DNA of 50,916 bases from contig JBDQHL010000005.1 in assembly GCA_040264895.1 (NCBI GenBank), forward strand, positions 1 through 50,916. Reading direction: 5' to 3'. The position numbers and the translations under genes were made by a program. The DNA comes from Bacteroidota bacterium (GTDB taxonomy: Bacteria > Bacteroidota > Ignavibacteria > Kapaibacteriales > UBA2268). Shown in pieces: positions 18,868 to 29,356 of this stretch; the first letter of the stretch is position 1, and every line of letters begins with the position of its first letter. Under the pieces are notes generated by a model. It was not told where the DNA came from and did not search any database. It was given only the letters and a program-made list of their open reading frames with translations.

Positions 18868-19980
18868 ATGAAAAAAATATTAGTCATAGAAGATGAATAA
18901 TTTGTAAGACAAACCATAGCCGACATGCTAGAGATAGAAGGTTATGTTGCTATTACCGCATCGAATGGTGAAGAAGGGCTAGAATACCTAAAGCAAATAA
19001 AATCAGACTTGATTCTTTGCAATATAAATATGCCAGTAATGGATGGATACGAGGTATTAGAAAAATTAAAATCTATGAATTACCATAATAAAATCCCATT
19101 CATTTACTTAACTGCAAAAGCAGCCAATGACGAAATGCGTAAAGGCATGGAGTTGGGTGCTGACGACTATATATTCAAACTTTTTAAGGCAAATAATATA
19201 CTAAATGCTATTAGTGCTAGATTAGAAGTTTACGATAAAAGTAAATTAATGTCGGAAACAAAACTAGATGAGTTTAGATTACAATTAGCTTCTTCATTAC
19301 CTCATGAATTCCGAACCCCACTGAATGTTATATTAGCAACTTCTCAGTTTCTTCATAAGAAAATGGATATGATAGAAAGAAATGAGATGAAGGATATGAT
19401 TTATAATATCGTAACCTCAGGTAATAGGTTGAGCAAACTTATTTCTAACTATCTGGTTTATACTAATCCATTACTAAAAAAAGATGAATTAGATTTTCAG
19501 GATAAGGTATTCACTAATTACACTTTAGACCCAGAGGAAATGATTGAAAATTCATTCCACCGTGTGGCTACTGAATTTGAAAGAGTGGAAGATTTGTCAA
19601 TGGATGTCAAACCTGCAGTTGTAGATATATTTCCCGAGTATTTCTTGAAAGTATGTGATGAACTTGCAAGCAATGCATTCAAATTCTCAAAGTCATCAAC
19701 TCCTGTCAGCGTAAAAGCTTATGTAGAGTTGAACAAATATGTAGTAATTGTTGAAGACAAAGGAATTGGTTTTGACATATCCAAAGCTGCTGAAATAGGT
19801 GGTTTTAAACAGTTTGGTAGAAAAGAACTAGAACAACAAGGTATGGGACTTGGACTAGCAATAATTAAATTAGTCTGCGACAGATTCAACTGCGATTTAG
19901 ATATTAATTCTATAGAAGATAAAGGTACAACATTCACACTAAAGTTCCCTATAAAGGAAGATGGTGTCCCTACCGAATAA
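18868..19980 (+). pseudogene. Hybrid response regulator-histidine kinase with an in-frame stop and a degenerate receiver
   Basis: MKKILVIEDE-TAA(18898-18900)-FVRQTIADMLEIEGY. Receiver Asp is Asn (LILCNINMP) and KP is KL; H-box PHEFRTPL, N-box SNAFKFS and G boxes DKGIG and GMGLGL are intact. Confidence 0.8.
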
Positions 19981-21393
19981 AAAATTCGGGTCTATTGCTT
20001 CTTTAACATTCCTCATTCCTATTAGTTCTTTTTCACTATACATTTTGTTCATAAAAGGTCTTTTAATTTTTCCTACTCCATGCTCTGCTGAAAATGTCCC
20101 ATCATTATTAATGGCGTCGTCTACCATATAATTATAAAACAGCTCGGCTTTTTCATTCTCATCATCAGTTTTAACAAACAAGTTAGCATGCAAATGACAA
20201 TCCCCGATATGACCAAACACCACATAGTCTAATTGTAGGTCATTTAATTTATCGTACATTTTATTGAAGTAATTATTGAAATACTCTTTTGGAACAGCGG
20301 TATCTGTATATATTTTTTTTTGTCCATATTTTGAGAGTAATTCGTTGACTGACAAAGGTAAGTTATGTCTAAAATCTGTTATTCTTTTTCTGTCTTTGTC
20401 ACTAACAGCAATCCATGTTTCATCTTCCAAAGCTTGATTTTCTAGACTTAAATCATAAATTTTATTCATGACATATTCTAATTGGTCGCTTGTTGTCTCT
20501 ACCTCTACCCATATAGCTGCTTTTGCCTCTTTAGGTATATCATTCTGATGTTTAGAAAGAAGTTGAAGTGAGTTATTGTCAAAATACTCTATTAACCTTG
20601 GCTCTAATTCATTTGTTTCTCGTAGCAATGAAACTAGTTTTAGAGTTGACTCATAGTCTTTTAAAAACAAAATAGCAGAAACAACTTCATCTGGTGCTTT
20701 TAGTAGATTAAGCCCAACTTTCTTAATTACACCTAATGTACCTTCTGAACCAATAAATAAATCTATCAGATCCATATTTGCTATCAAATGCAAACCAGCT
20801 GCATTTTTTGATATATTTGGTTGATGGATAAGAGGTATTTCAAAACTTATTTCTTTGCCTGATATTGTTTTAAGTACAGCTATGTTACCATCTGCTATTA
20901 ACTGTCCTCTATGTAAATATAATTCGTCTCCATCGGGCAAGATAATTTCTAAATAATTTACAAACTCTCTGGTAGCTCCATATTTGAAAGTTTTAGCTCC
21001 CGAAGCATTATTAGCTACATTACCTCCTATTGAGCTCCAAACTTCAGTCGGGTTAGATGGATAGAACAAATCGTATTGTTTTAACTCATTATGAAAGTCT
21101 TGCAACCGAACTCCTGGTTCCAAAAGTGCGGTCATCTTCTCCTTATCTATTGAGATTATTTTGTCTAATCTTTCTGTAGAAATTACTGCTCCTTCGTGAG
21201 AAACTCCACCTCCGGTAAGGCCAGTCCTTGCAGCAGAAATAGTAATTGGTGTACCACATGCACTTAATTTTTTTACAATTTCAGTTAGTTCATTAGTACT
21301 TTCAGGTAGATATATTGAATCTGCAACGCCAACATAATTAGCTGCATCTTTTTCATACTCTATTCTATCATCCTTTTCAGTGATAATAATCAT
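19939..21393 (-). CDS. FAD-binding oxidoreductase (GlcD/D-lactate dehydrogenase-like, FAD_binding_4)
   Basis: ARTGLTGG, SIGGNVANNASG..FKYG, GSEGTLGVI, GHIGDCHLH, SAEHGVGKIK. Confidence 0.9.
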   Translation of the reverse strand: MIIITEKDDRIEYEKDAANYVGVADSIYLPESTNELTEIVKKLSACGTPITISAARTGLTGGGVSHEGAVISTERLDKIISIDKEKMTALLEPGVRLQDFHNELKQYDLFYPSNPTEVWSSIGGNVANNASGAKTFKYGATREFVNYLEIILPDGDELYLHRGQLIADGNIAVLKTISGKEISFEIPLIHQPNISKNAAGLHLIANMDLIDLFIGSEGTLGVIKKVGLNLLKAPDEVVSAILFLKDYESTLKLVSLLRETNELEPRLIEYFDNNSLQLLSKHQNDIPKEAKAAIWVEVETTSDQLEYVMNKIYDLSLENQALEDETWIAVSDKDRKRITDFRHNLPLSVNELLSKYGQKKIYTDTAVPKEYFNNYFNKMYDKLNDLQLDYVVFGHIGDCHLHANLFVKTDDENEKAELFYNYMVDDAINNDGTFSAEHGVGKIKRPFMNKMYSEKELIGMRNVKEAIDPNFLFGRDTIFLYREL

Positions 21394-23183
21394 TAGTATA
21401 GCTCATCAATTAAGTGTTTGTATTTCTTTTCAATCATATTTTTCTTCATACTCATTTTTGGAGTCAGTTCTCCTCCATCTATACTAAATGGCGTTGAGAC
21501 TAAACTAATTTTTCTAACTCTCTCAAATTTTGATAAAGATGATTGATGTATATCTATATCTTTTTTAATGGCAGATAAGACTTTTTTATTTTGAATTATT
21601 GTTTCCATTTTATCATATTCAATCCCTAAGGAAGAACTAAGGCTTTTCAATGCATCACCGTCTGGAGAAACCAATCCGATTAGATAATCTTTTCCTTCCC
21701 CAAATATAGCAATGTACTCCACGAAATCACTCATCCTAATTAAATCTTCTATAGGAGCTGGAGATATATTTTTACCACCGCTTGTTACTATAATACTTTT
21801 TATCCTTCCAGTTATTTTTAAAGACCCTGAATTAGTAAATTCACCAATATCACCAGTGTAGTACCAACCATGATCATCTATACTACTTTTGGTAGCGAAA
21901 TCATCATGCCAATACCCTTTCATTACTAAGTCACCGCGCACCAATATCTCACCATTATCTTCAATTTCAACTTCTACATCGTCTAGTGGTGGCCCTACTG
22001 TACCAATTTCCAAATTATTAGGCCGATTAACTGATACCACTGGTGAGCACTCAGTTAGTCCATACCCTTGCAGTATATTTAATCCTACCGAGTGAAAAAA
22101 CTTCTGTACTTCTGGATGAAGTGCAGCTCCCCCTGAGATTATATATTTAATATTACCGCCTAGCTTTGATCTCACCTTCGAATATATTAGTCTATCATAA
22201 ATTCTTAATTTCAATGATTGAGCAAAACTTGGTTTCTCCTTTTCTAGTAATCTTTTTGAATAATCGAGAGCTTTGTAAATAATTTTCTTTTTAGAGTCCC
22301 ACTCATTTTTAAATGCATTATTAACTTTATTACTTATTGTTTCCAAAAGCTTTGGAACCGCTGTTACTATTGTAGGCTTAACTTCATTGATATTACTTGT
22401 AAGTGTATCGAGTGATTGGGCTATTGTTACAACTGCCCCAGTTAAGAAAAAAGTATAAGTCACACACCTTTCGTAGGCGTGGCACATAGGCAAAAAAGAG
22501 AGAAAGGAATCCGAATTGTCAATTACTTCAGCTTTTTGAATTGATTTAACATTACTAACTAAATTTCTATTCGTTAGAATTACACCCTTCGGGTTACCTG
22601 TTGTTCCTGAAGTATAAATTAATGTTAGTGTAGATTCTAAATTCACATTTTCAGCATTTGAAAGTAATTCTGCAATCAAATTGTCAGTATTGTATTCCTT
22701 TTCGTATTGCTTTAGTATTTTTTCAAATGAATATATACTATTTTCTAGGTCTTCTATTCCCTCATCAATAACAATTATAAACTTCAAATGTTCTAGTTCA
22801 GACCTAATTGATAGAATTTTATCTAGTTGTAGCTTACTGGATACTATAACTGCTTTAGCATCGCAATCATTAAATATGTATTGTTGTTGGTCAGAGGTGA
22901 AGTTGGGGAAAGTTGGTACATTAATAATGCCAGTAGAGATAGTAGCTAAATCACTAATTGTCCATTCCAATCTATTTTCTGAGACAATGCCTACCCTATC
23001 GCCTTGTTTGACCCCATGAATTGACAAAAACTTATTTAACAATGCTACTTTCTTAAATAGCTCATTATAAGTAAATGTATTTAGATTCCCATCTTTATAA
23101 AAGCTTAGGCACTTACTTTCTAAACCCTTGTCGCTGCCAGCTTTGTGGAACAATTTGAACAATGAGGTATTTTTGTCTGTCAT
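21393..23183 (-). CDS. fadD: Long-chain fatty acid-CoA ligase (AMP-dependent synthetase)
   Basis: IYTSGTTGNPKGV, QGYGLTE, WYYTGDIG, GRIKSIIVTSGGKNISP, LTPKMSMK. Confidence 0.88.
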   Translation of the reverse strand: MTDKNTSLFKLFHKAGSDKGLESKCLSFYKDGNLNTFTYNELFKKVALLNKFLSIHGVKQGDRVGIVSENRLEWTISDLATISTGIINVPTFPNFTSDQQQYIFNDCDAKAVIVSSKLQLDKILSIRSELEHLKFIIVIDEGIEDLENSIYSFEKILKQYEKEYNTDNLIAELLSNAENVNLESTLTLIYTSGTTGNPKGVILTNRNLVSNVKSIQKAEVIDNSDSFLSFLPMCHAYERCVTYTFFLTGAVVTIAQSLDTLTSNINEVKPTIVTAVPKLLETISNKVNNAFKNEWDSKKKIIYKALDYSKRLLEKEKPSFAQSLKLRIYDRLIYSKVRSKLGGNIKYIISGGAALHPEVQKFFHSVGLNILQGYGLTECSPVVSVNRPNNLEIGTVGPPLDDVEVEIEDNGEILVRGDLVMKGYWHDDFATKSSIDDHGWYYTGDIGEFTNSGSLKITGRIKSIIVTSGGKNISPAPIEDLIRMSDFVEYIAIFGEGKDYLIGLVSPDGDALKSLSSSLGIEYDKMETIIQNKKVLSAIKKDIDIHQSSLSKFERVRKISLVSTPFSIDGGELTPKMSMKKNMIEKKYKHLIDELY

Positions 23184-23270
23184 ATTGCATTATTAAAATG
23201 AGCTATAAACTACATTTTTTGTATATTTATGAATTAGAATTTAGTAGAATTTAAAAAAATAGAGTTAAAT

Positions 23271-26200
23271 ATGAAAATTTTGAAATACATCCCACTATTA
23301 GCAATTATTTTTTCACTTAGCTTATTCTCACAATGGGAAGAAAAAGGTGACACAATTATTGTTCAAACTTTATCTTATGATTCAATAACTACAAGGTCAG
23401 GAACCTGGCAGTTTCCACCTGATGACAGTTATGAAAAAATTCTTATGCACTATTCATTAAAATGTGACCCAAGAACTACGAGGGATGGATTTGAATGTGG
23501 TGAATGGGATTACTTAACTTACACAGTAGTGACTGACTCTAGTGGAGCATTTGATTCTACTAATTTTAGTTCACCTGGCTTCAGAGTGAGAGGCGCTTCA
23601 CCACAAGTTTATCGATACACAACAGAACCATATAATTACAAAGAAATTGATATTGTTTATGAATCAGGTTATGGAGACGGTTTTGTTGATGTAATGAATG
23701 CAAACATTGATACAGAAGGCGATAATGATTTAACTCTAGCAAATAAAACTACTTCATTCCAAATTGATTTTTCTTATAGCCCCGAAGAGTTAGATAATAT
23801 AGCTAGCAATTTAGGTCAAATTCACGCTATAAAGCTTCACTTTTTAGATGATGTTAAAATTGAAAATTTTAGTATCACTCTAGTTGATGCAAATAGTAGT
23901 AGTACTGGAAGTCAAATCAAAGATGGAACCGAAAGATTTTTGAACGACATAGAAGTTGATAAAGATACAGAGCATGAATTTATACTTTATTCTCCTCATA
24001 ATATTAATAACTCAACTGGACTTCAAATTGTATTAAAAGGTAATATTACTGAAGGCAACCTATCAGTTAAAGCTGTTGATGAATCTACACAGAAAATGGC
24101 TGGTATAGACTATGGTGCTAGGAGTTATCTAAAATTTAGTAAAGGTAGTTATGTAGAAGTACCTAAAGAAGCATTCGAAGACTTAGGAAATGAAATAACA
24201 ATTGGTTTTTGGCAATATGGTGATGAGCAAGAAATGCCACAAAACTCTTATGCTTTCGAAGGTGTGAATGCTCAAAACCAAAGAGTTTTAAATTCACACT
24301 TACCTTGGAGCAATAGTCAAGTTTATTGGGATGCTGGTAATGCTGGCGGTAGCTATGACAGAATTAACAAGGCTGCTTCGCCAACAGATTTTAAAGGGCA
24401 ATGGAATTATTGGATATTCACTAAGAATGTTAATACTGGTGATATGAAGATGTACCTTAATGGAGAGTTATTCCATGAAGGAACGCAGAAAAGTAGAGGG
24501 TTTGACCAAATAGAAAAATTCAGAATTGCTTCTAACATAAACAGCTATGGATTGTACGATGGATCTATCGATAATTTTGGTATTTGGAACAGGGTACTAA
24601 CTCCTACTGAGATTGAGGCTGCTATGAATTTGGATTTTATAACAAATCAGAATGCAACTATTGCTAATGGTGCATTAGTCTATTACGATATGAATAATAT
24701 AGTAGATGGAGAATTACAAGATGCAACTGGGAATGGTAATAATGCTACTTTACACGGTATGCCTGAGATTAGAACAATTGACCCCTCTGATATGTTAGTT
24801 GGAGACAATCAAACTCCTATGTCAAGACCTTATGTCATATTTAGTAAAGCTAATTTTGCTGATGGGGTTAATCTTAATAAAAAAAGGACTGAAGTATATA
24901 GAGAATATCCAGTACCAATGGATGAGATTTTAATTTTTGATTATGAAAGTAAAAATGGAATAATAGCACCAGAAGAAATAGCTGATTATGAGAATATGAT
25001 TAAAACTCCTACATCAGTTATGAAGGTTTACCCTGCAAACAAGAAATTCTATACTTATGATTCCTTTGGTTTAAAAGTTGATTCTGTTATGGCAAGCCTA
25101 ACAGATTCAATAACTAACAGAGAAATCCTTTATTATTCACCAGTAGTAAACTACGAGATACATAGATTTATTACGCCTTATGGAATTGGGTTGGACTTAG
25201 GTCCTGATGGATTTACTTGGGTAGAAGATGTAACAGACTTTGGACCTATATTAAAAGATTTTGTAAAACTAAGAGCAGGAAATCAACAAGAATTAATAGA
25301 TCTTAAATTCCTATTTATTAAAGGCACACCAGCAAGAGATGTAAAAAGTGTACAACAGCTATGGGGCAAAGGTGGTACCTTCCAAAACGTAGTTGATGAC
25401 GTTAGTATATCTTCATTAGAGATAGCTCCAAACCCTGATGCGTCGATGTTTAGAGTATTGACTAGGTCAAGTGGACATGGTTTTAATGGGCCACAAAACA
25501 CAGGTAATTGCTCAGAGTTTTGTAAAAGAACACACCAACTATTTATTGGAGAAACTGGTTTGTTCGAATGGGAAGGTTGGAAAGAATGTGGCGATAATCC
25601 TGTATTCCCTCAGGGTGGTACTTGGCAGATAGATCGCTCCGATTGGTGCCCTGGTGCTACAGTAAACACTTACGAACACGAAATTACTGATTTAGTTACA
25701 GCTGGCGAAACGATACCGGTTGACTATAATATAGTAAATCCTTCAGGATTTGTTCCTTATGGGAACTATCAATTTACTGGTTATATGATTGGTTATGGCG
25801 ACCCTAATTTTGGTAATGATATTTCAGTTGAAAGAATTATATCACCATCTATGGAACGAGAATTTGGTAGGATAAATCCTATTTGTGCTGAACCAAGTAT
25901 AATTATTAAAAACAACGGAAGTGAAACCTTAGAATCAGCTACTATAGAGTATGGTTTAGCAAATAGTGAGAAAGCTCAATACGCTTGGAATGGAAGTTTA
26001 GGATTTTTAGAAGAAGAAGTTGTGTCATTACCTCCAATAGACATTAGTTCTCTAAGTCAAGGAAAGACATACAGCTTTGAGGTCAATGTAAGTGGGCCAA
26101 ATGGCGAAACAGATGAATATGAAAGAAACAATTATGCGGTTTCTCAAATGCAAGGTGTCGATGTATTATCTTCAGATTTTGAGTTAAACATTAGAACTAA

Positions 26201-27110
26201 CAGACAAGCAGGAGCTCAATATAAATACTTATTAAGAAAAGCAGATGGTGAAATAATAGATCAAATGGACTTAGGTGAATTTGATAGCGAAAAGTTATAT
26301 GAATTTGAATATGATTTAGAATTAGGTTGCTATGAGTTACTATTTGAAAATGTAGAAGGCTTTGGTTTAGACCTTTGGTGGATGAGAGACCAACTAGGAA
26401 CAGGGTACATAAATTACTCTTCAGGTAATGGTAGCAAAACATTCAACCCAGACTTTGGTAATTTTATAAAATACCAATTCTCTGTTGGCACAAAACCAGA
26501 AATTGCTGTATCATCTGACTTGGTAGATTTTGGATTTGCTTCTTCTGGTGAAAGAGTTGAAAAATCTATGTTTGTTGAACCATCAAATGAAAAAAGCTTG
26601 ATTTTATATAGTGTAGAAATGGGTATTGGAGCAATCAAAGGTATGTCATTGGTTAGCCCGACTGAATTCGGTGATGGAATAGTAATAAATCCAGGTGAAA
26701 AACAAGAAATAGTGTTCGCTTTTGAACCAAAAAATGATGATCCGAGAGAACATCAAGTTTCAATCAGAACCAATTCAGATAAAAAGCCTAGTTACCAAAT
26801 AACATTATCAGGTAATCAAGAAATAACTTCCGTTGAAGAAAACGAAATATCTGGACTTAGCACTGAATTACTAGACAATGGTGCAAGTAAAGAGTTAGTG
26901 TTAGATAATAGTAATGAATCATTACAAAATTTGAACATAAAGATGTTTAATTCAACTGGTCAATTATTGTCAAATCTATATAATGGAGTAATTGGTAATA
27001 ACACACTTAGAATACCACTAAATTTAACTAATTTATATAATGGTGTTTATTATATAAAAATAGATAGCAATAAAGGCAGTAAGACATTGAAATTTATAGA
27101 AATTAGATAA
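23271..27110 (+). CDS. Secreted PNGase F-related protein with a LamG insertion, Ig-like domains and a T9SS-type CTD
   Basis: CGEWDY, YEIHRFITPY, SGHG, CSEFC, CGDNPVFPQGGTW..DRSDWCPG; LamG motifs MYLNGEL and GSIDNFGIWNRVLT; C-terminal LYNGVYYIKI..KFIEIR. Confidence 0.8.
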   Translation: MKILKYIPLLAIIFSLSLFSQWEEKGDTIIVQTLSYDSITTRSGTWQFPPDDSYEKILMHYSLKCDPRTTRDGFECGEWDYLTYTVVTDSSGAFDSTNFSSPGFRVRGASPQVYRYTTEPYNYKEIDIVYESGYGDGFVDVMNANIDTEGDNDLTLANKTTSFQIDFSYSPEELDNIASNLGQIHAIKLHFLDDVKIENFSITLVDANSSSTGSQIKDGTERFLNDIEVDKDTEHEFILYSPHNINNSTGLQIVLKGNITEGNLSVKAVDESTQKMAGIDYGARSYLKFSKGSYVEVPKEAFEDLGNEITIGFWQYGDEQEMPQNSYAFEGVNAQNQRVLNSHLPWSNSQVYWDAGNAGGSYDRINKAASPTDFKGQWNYWIFTKNVNTGDMKMYLNGELFHEGTQKSRGFDQIEKFRIASNINSYGLYDGSIDNFGIWNRVLTPTEIEAAMNLDFITNQNATIANGALVYYDMNNIVDGELQDATGNGNNATLHGMPEIRTIDPSDMLVGDNQTPMSRPYVIFSKANFADGVNLNKKRTEVYREYPVPMDEILIFDYESKNGIIAPEEIADYENMIKTPTSVMKVYPANKKFYTYDSFGLKVDSVMASLTDSITNREILYYSPVVNYEIHRFITPYGIGLDLGPDGFTWVEDVTDFGPILKDFVKLRAGNQQELIDLKFLFIKGTPARDVKSVQQLWGKGGTFQNVVDDVSISSLEIAPNPDASMFRVLTRSSGHGFNGPQNTGNCSEFCKRTHQLFIGETGLFEWEGWKECGDNPVFPQGGTWQIDRSDWCPGATVNTYEHEITDLVTAGETIPVDYNIVNPSGFVPYGNYQFTGYMIGYGDPNFGNDISVERIISPSMEREFGRINPICAEPSIIIKNNGSETLESATIEYGLANSEKAQYAWNGSLGFLEEEVVSLPPIDISSLSQGKTYSFEVNVSGPNGETDEYERNNYAVSQMQGVDVLSSDFELNIRTNRQAGAQYKYLLRKADGEIIDQMDLGEFDSEKLYEFEYDLELGCYELLFENVEGFGLDLWWMRDQLGTGYINYSSGNGSKTFNPDFGNFIKYQFSVGTKPEIAVSSDLVDFGFASSGERVEKSMFVEPSNEKSLILYSVEMGIGAIKGMSLVSPTEFGDGIVINPGEKQEIVFAFEPKNDDPREHQVSIRTNSDKKPSYQITLSGNQEITSVEENEISGLSTELLDNGASKELVLDNSNESLQNLNIKMFNSTGQLLSNLYNGVIGNNTLRIPLNLTNLYNGVYYIKIDSNKGSKTLKFIEIR

Positions 27111-27270
27111 AATATAAATACTTATATTTAGTGCACGAAAATATAAGAAAAGTAGTACAAATATTATGTTTTAGGTATTTTTTTGTTATTTTAGTAGCAT
27201 TAATTGTTGTATTTTGAATTTGATAATACAAAAAAACATATTTTTATAATTATTTAATGGAGTTTTTCTG

Positions 27271-28899
27271 ATGAAAACTAAATTTTTACAAATCTTAAGT
27301 AAGTTAAGTATATTTATATTATTCTTAGCTATTGCACTACCAAATGTAGCATTGGCTGGAGATACAGACGATGATAACGATTATGACGTTGATATGAGAC
27401 CACCAACTACTACAGTAATTATTGCTCAACCGCAAGACGTAGTAGAATGTGCTGGTTCAATAGATCAGTTTCTATTTGTAGTTGCAGCACCACTTAACAG
27501 AGACTATAAAATAGTTTACAGATGGTGGAAAGATGGAAGACCATATTCAAGCTGGGAAGAAGATTTTGGTCAAATTAATTTTGATACATTAGACTATAAC
27601 ATGAGTGGTCTTTATCAAGCAGAAATGTTTGCATTCGATCCAGAGTGGGAAAGCATGTATGGCAATTCATTCAACTATGATTCAGCAAGAAAGTCACCTA
27701 CTGTTTGGTCAAATCATGCAAATTTATATGTATTGCAAAGACCTGAATTCTTAAGAGATATTCCAAGCGTTACTGCTGCTGAAGGTTCAAATTTATCATT
27801 CACATTTGATGCACACTTTTACGGTGAGCACAATATGGAAGACCCATCTTACTATACACAAATAGATTGGTACAGAGGTGATGTTGAGTTAGAAGACAAT
27901 GAAAGATATGCAGGAACAGATGCTTCAACTATGACTATTGAGAATGTTCAAGCTGATGATTATGCTGCTGACTACAGAGCTAGATTAATTGGAGAGTGTG
28001 ATACAGTATGGTCGAATAACTTTGCTATTAACGCTGAGCCACAACCAACTATAACAGTTCAACCAATTGCAGTTGAAGGTTGTATTGATGATGTTGTTCA
28101 GTTTACAGTTGAAGCAACTTCATCTGTACAAAGTATAGCACTTAACTATCAATGGATGGTTAACGGTACTCCAATTATGGATGACGCAGGTAAATTCTCT
28201 GGCGTTAACACTCCTAACTTAAACGTAACTTTAACTACTGATCATGGCTACGATGGTAATGAAGAGTACACTTGTATGATTTACCCTGAAGGTTTCATGA
28301 ACAATAGTGTTACAACTGATCCACAATTGATTACTTGGAAAACTGCTCCAGTTATCACTACTGACTTAGATGCTAACTATTCTGTTGAAGAAGAACAAGC
28401 TATTACTATGTCAATAGTTGCTGATGGTGAAAACTTAACTTACACTTGGATGAAAGATGGTGTTGCCTTAAGCAACACTATGGACACTTATGAAATTACT
28501 AGTGCTTCTATGGATGACGCTGGTGAATACATGGTAACTGTATCTAACGATTGTGGTGAAGTAATGTCTATGACTGCTACTCTAGAAGTAACAGCTAAAG
28601 CTATTGCAACTTCAGTAACAGCTGACCATGGCTTAGGTTTAGTACAAAACTATCCTAACCCGGTAATTGATAACACTACGATCAAATTCAACACTGAAAT
28701 TAGTGGTGAAGCTACTTTGACTATCAGTGATATGCTTGGTAACAAAGTTGCTAACTTATTCAATGGTTTTGTAAATGCTAACAGCCCAGAAGTTGTTACA
28801 ATTAACACTAACCAATTTGGTCTTAATTCTGGTACTTATTTCGTTACTTTAAGAATGGGTAACAAACTAGAAACTATTCAAATTAGCGTTATCAAATAA
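27271..28899 (+). CDS. Immunoglobulin-domain surface protein with a T9SS type A sorting domain
   Basis: Repeated ITVQP..C..YQW/WKDG..GEY.V.VSN.CG Ig units; CTD QNYPNP..SDMLGNKV..SGTYFVTL..QISVIK. Confidence 0.85.
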   Translation: MKTKFLQILSKLSIFILFLAIALPNVALAGDTDDDNDYDVDMRPPTTTVIIAQPQDVVECAGSIDQFLFVVAAPLNRDYKIVYRWWKDGRPYSSWEEDFGQINFDTLDYNMSGLYQAEMFAFDPEWESMYGNSFNYDSARKSPTVWSNHANLYVLQRPEFLRDIPSVTAAEGSNLSFTFDAHFYGEHNMEDPSYYTQIDWYRGDVELEDNERYAGTDASTMTIENVQADDYAADYRARLIGECDTVWSNNFAINAEPQPTITVQPIAVEGCIDDVVQFTVEATSSVQSIALNYQWMVNGTPIMDDAGKFSGVNTPNLNVTLTTDHGYDGNEEYTCMIYPEGFMNNSVTTDPQLITWKTAPVITTDLDANYSVEEEQAITMSIVADGENLTYTWMKDGVALSNTMDTYEITSASMDDAGEYMVTVSNDCGEVMSMTATLEVTAKAIATSVTADHGLGLVQNYPNPVIDNTTIKFNTEISGEATLTISDMLGNKVANLFNGFVNANSPEVVTINTNQFGLNSGTYFVTLRMGNKLETIQISVIK

Positions 28900-28921
28900 C
28901 ACCTAAATTGATTTAGATTTT

Positions 28922-28960
28922 AAAGCCGAGAATGTCAAATTTGACTTCTCGGCTTTTTTT
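28922..28960 (+). terminator. Rho-independent terminator
   Basis: AAAGCCGAGAA/TTCTCGGCTTT stem with inner GTCAA/TTGAC, then a T run. Confidence 0.88.
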
Positions 28961-28981
28961 ATTTGCAATCAGATTATTTAC

Positions 28982-28989
28982 TATATTTG
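28982..28989 (+). promoter_or_regulatory. -7 promoter box 4 nt before the ATG (likely leaderless transcript)
   Basis: TATATTTG-TAGC-ATG. Confidence 0.5.
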
Positions 28990-28993
28990 TAGC

Positions 28994-29356
28994 ATGAAAT
29001 ACGTACTTATATTAATATCAATTATACTTTTTTCTTCGTGTGAGCAAGAAAAGAAAATGAGTGATGAAAAATTCTTAGATATCTACACTGAAGTATTGAT
29101 AGCTAGGGAAAGCACGACTGATAGAGAAGAGGGGACTCGAAAAGTGAATAAAGTCTTAGAAAAACATAGTATGACAGAGCCAGACTTTAGAAAAACATAC
29201 CTTGAACTTTCAAAAGATGACCCAAAACGATTAGGTAGATTAATTGACTCTGTTAAAAATCACACGTCAGAAGTAATTAGAGAAATTGACTCTGTTGAAA
29301 ATGCAAAACTAGAGATGGAACAGGATACCAACTCCACCACCCAAACCGAGAAATGA
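28994..29356 (+). CDS. DUF4296-like lipoprotein
   Basis: Lipobox FSSC, KFLDIYTEVLIA, VLEKHSMTEPDFRKT, IDSV helical pattern. Confidence 0.6.
   Translation: MKYVLILISIILFSSCEQEKKMSDEKFLDIYTEVLIARESTTDREEGTRKVNKVLEKHSMTEPDFRKTYLELSKDDPKRLGRLIDSVKNHTSEVIREIDSVENAKLEMEQDTNSTTQTEK

Noticed and set aside
13491-18900. Stop-codon reassignment or programmed readthrough, suggested by in-frame TGA in mcrC and TAA in the hybrid kinase
   Set aside because: Two different codons are involved, both genes or their partners show other decay, and TGA/TAA end apparently normal genes elsewhere (e.g. 29356, 50151, 9260)
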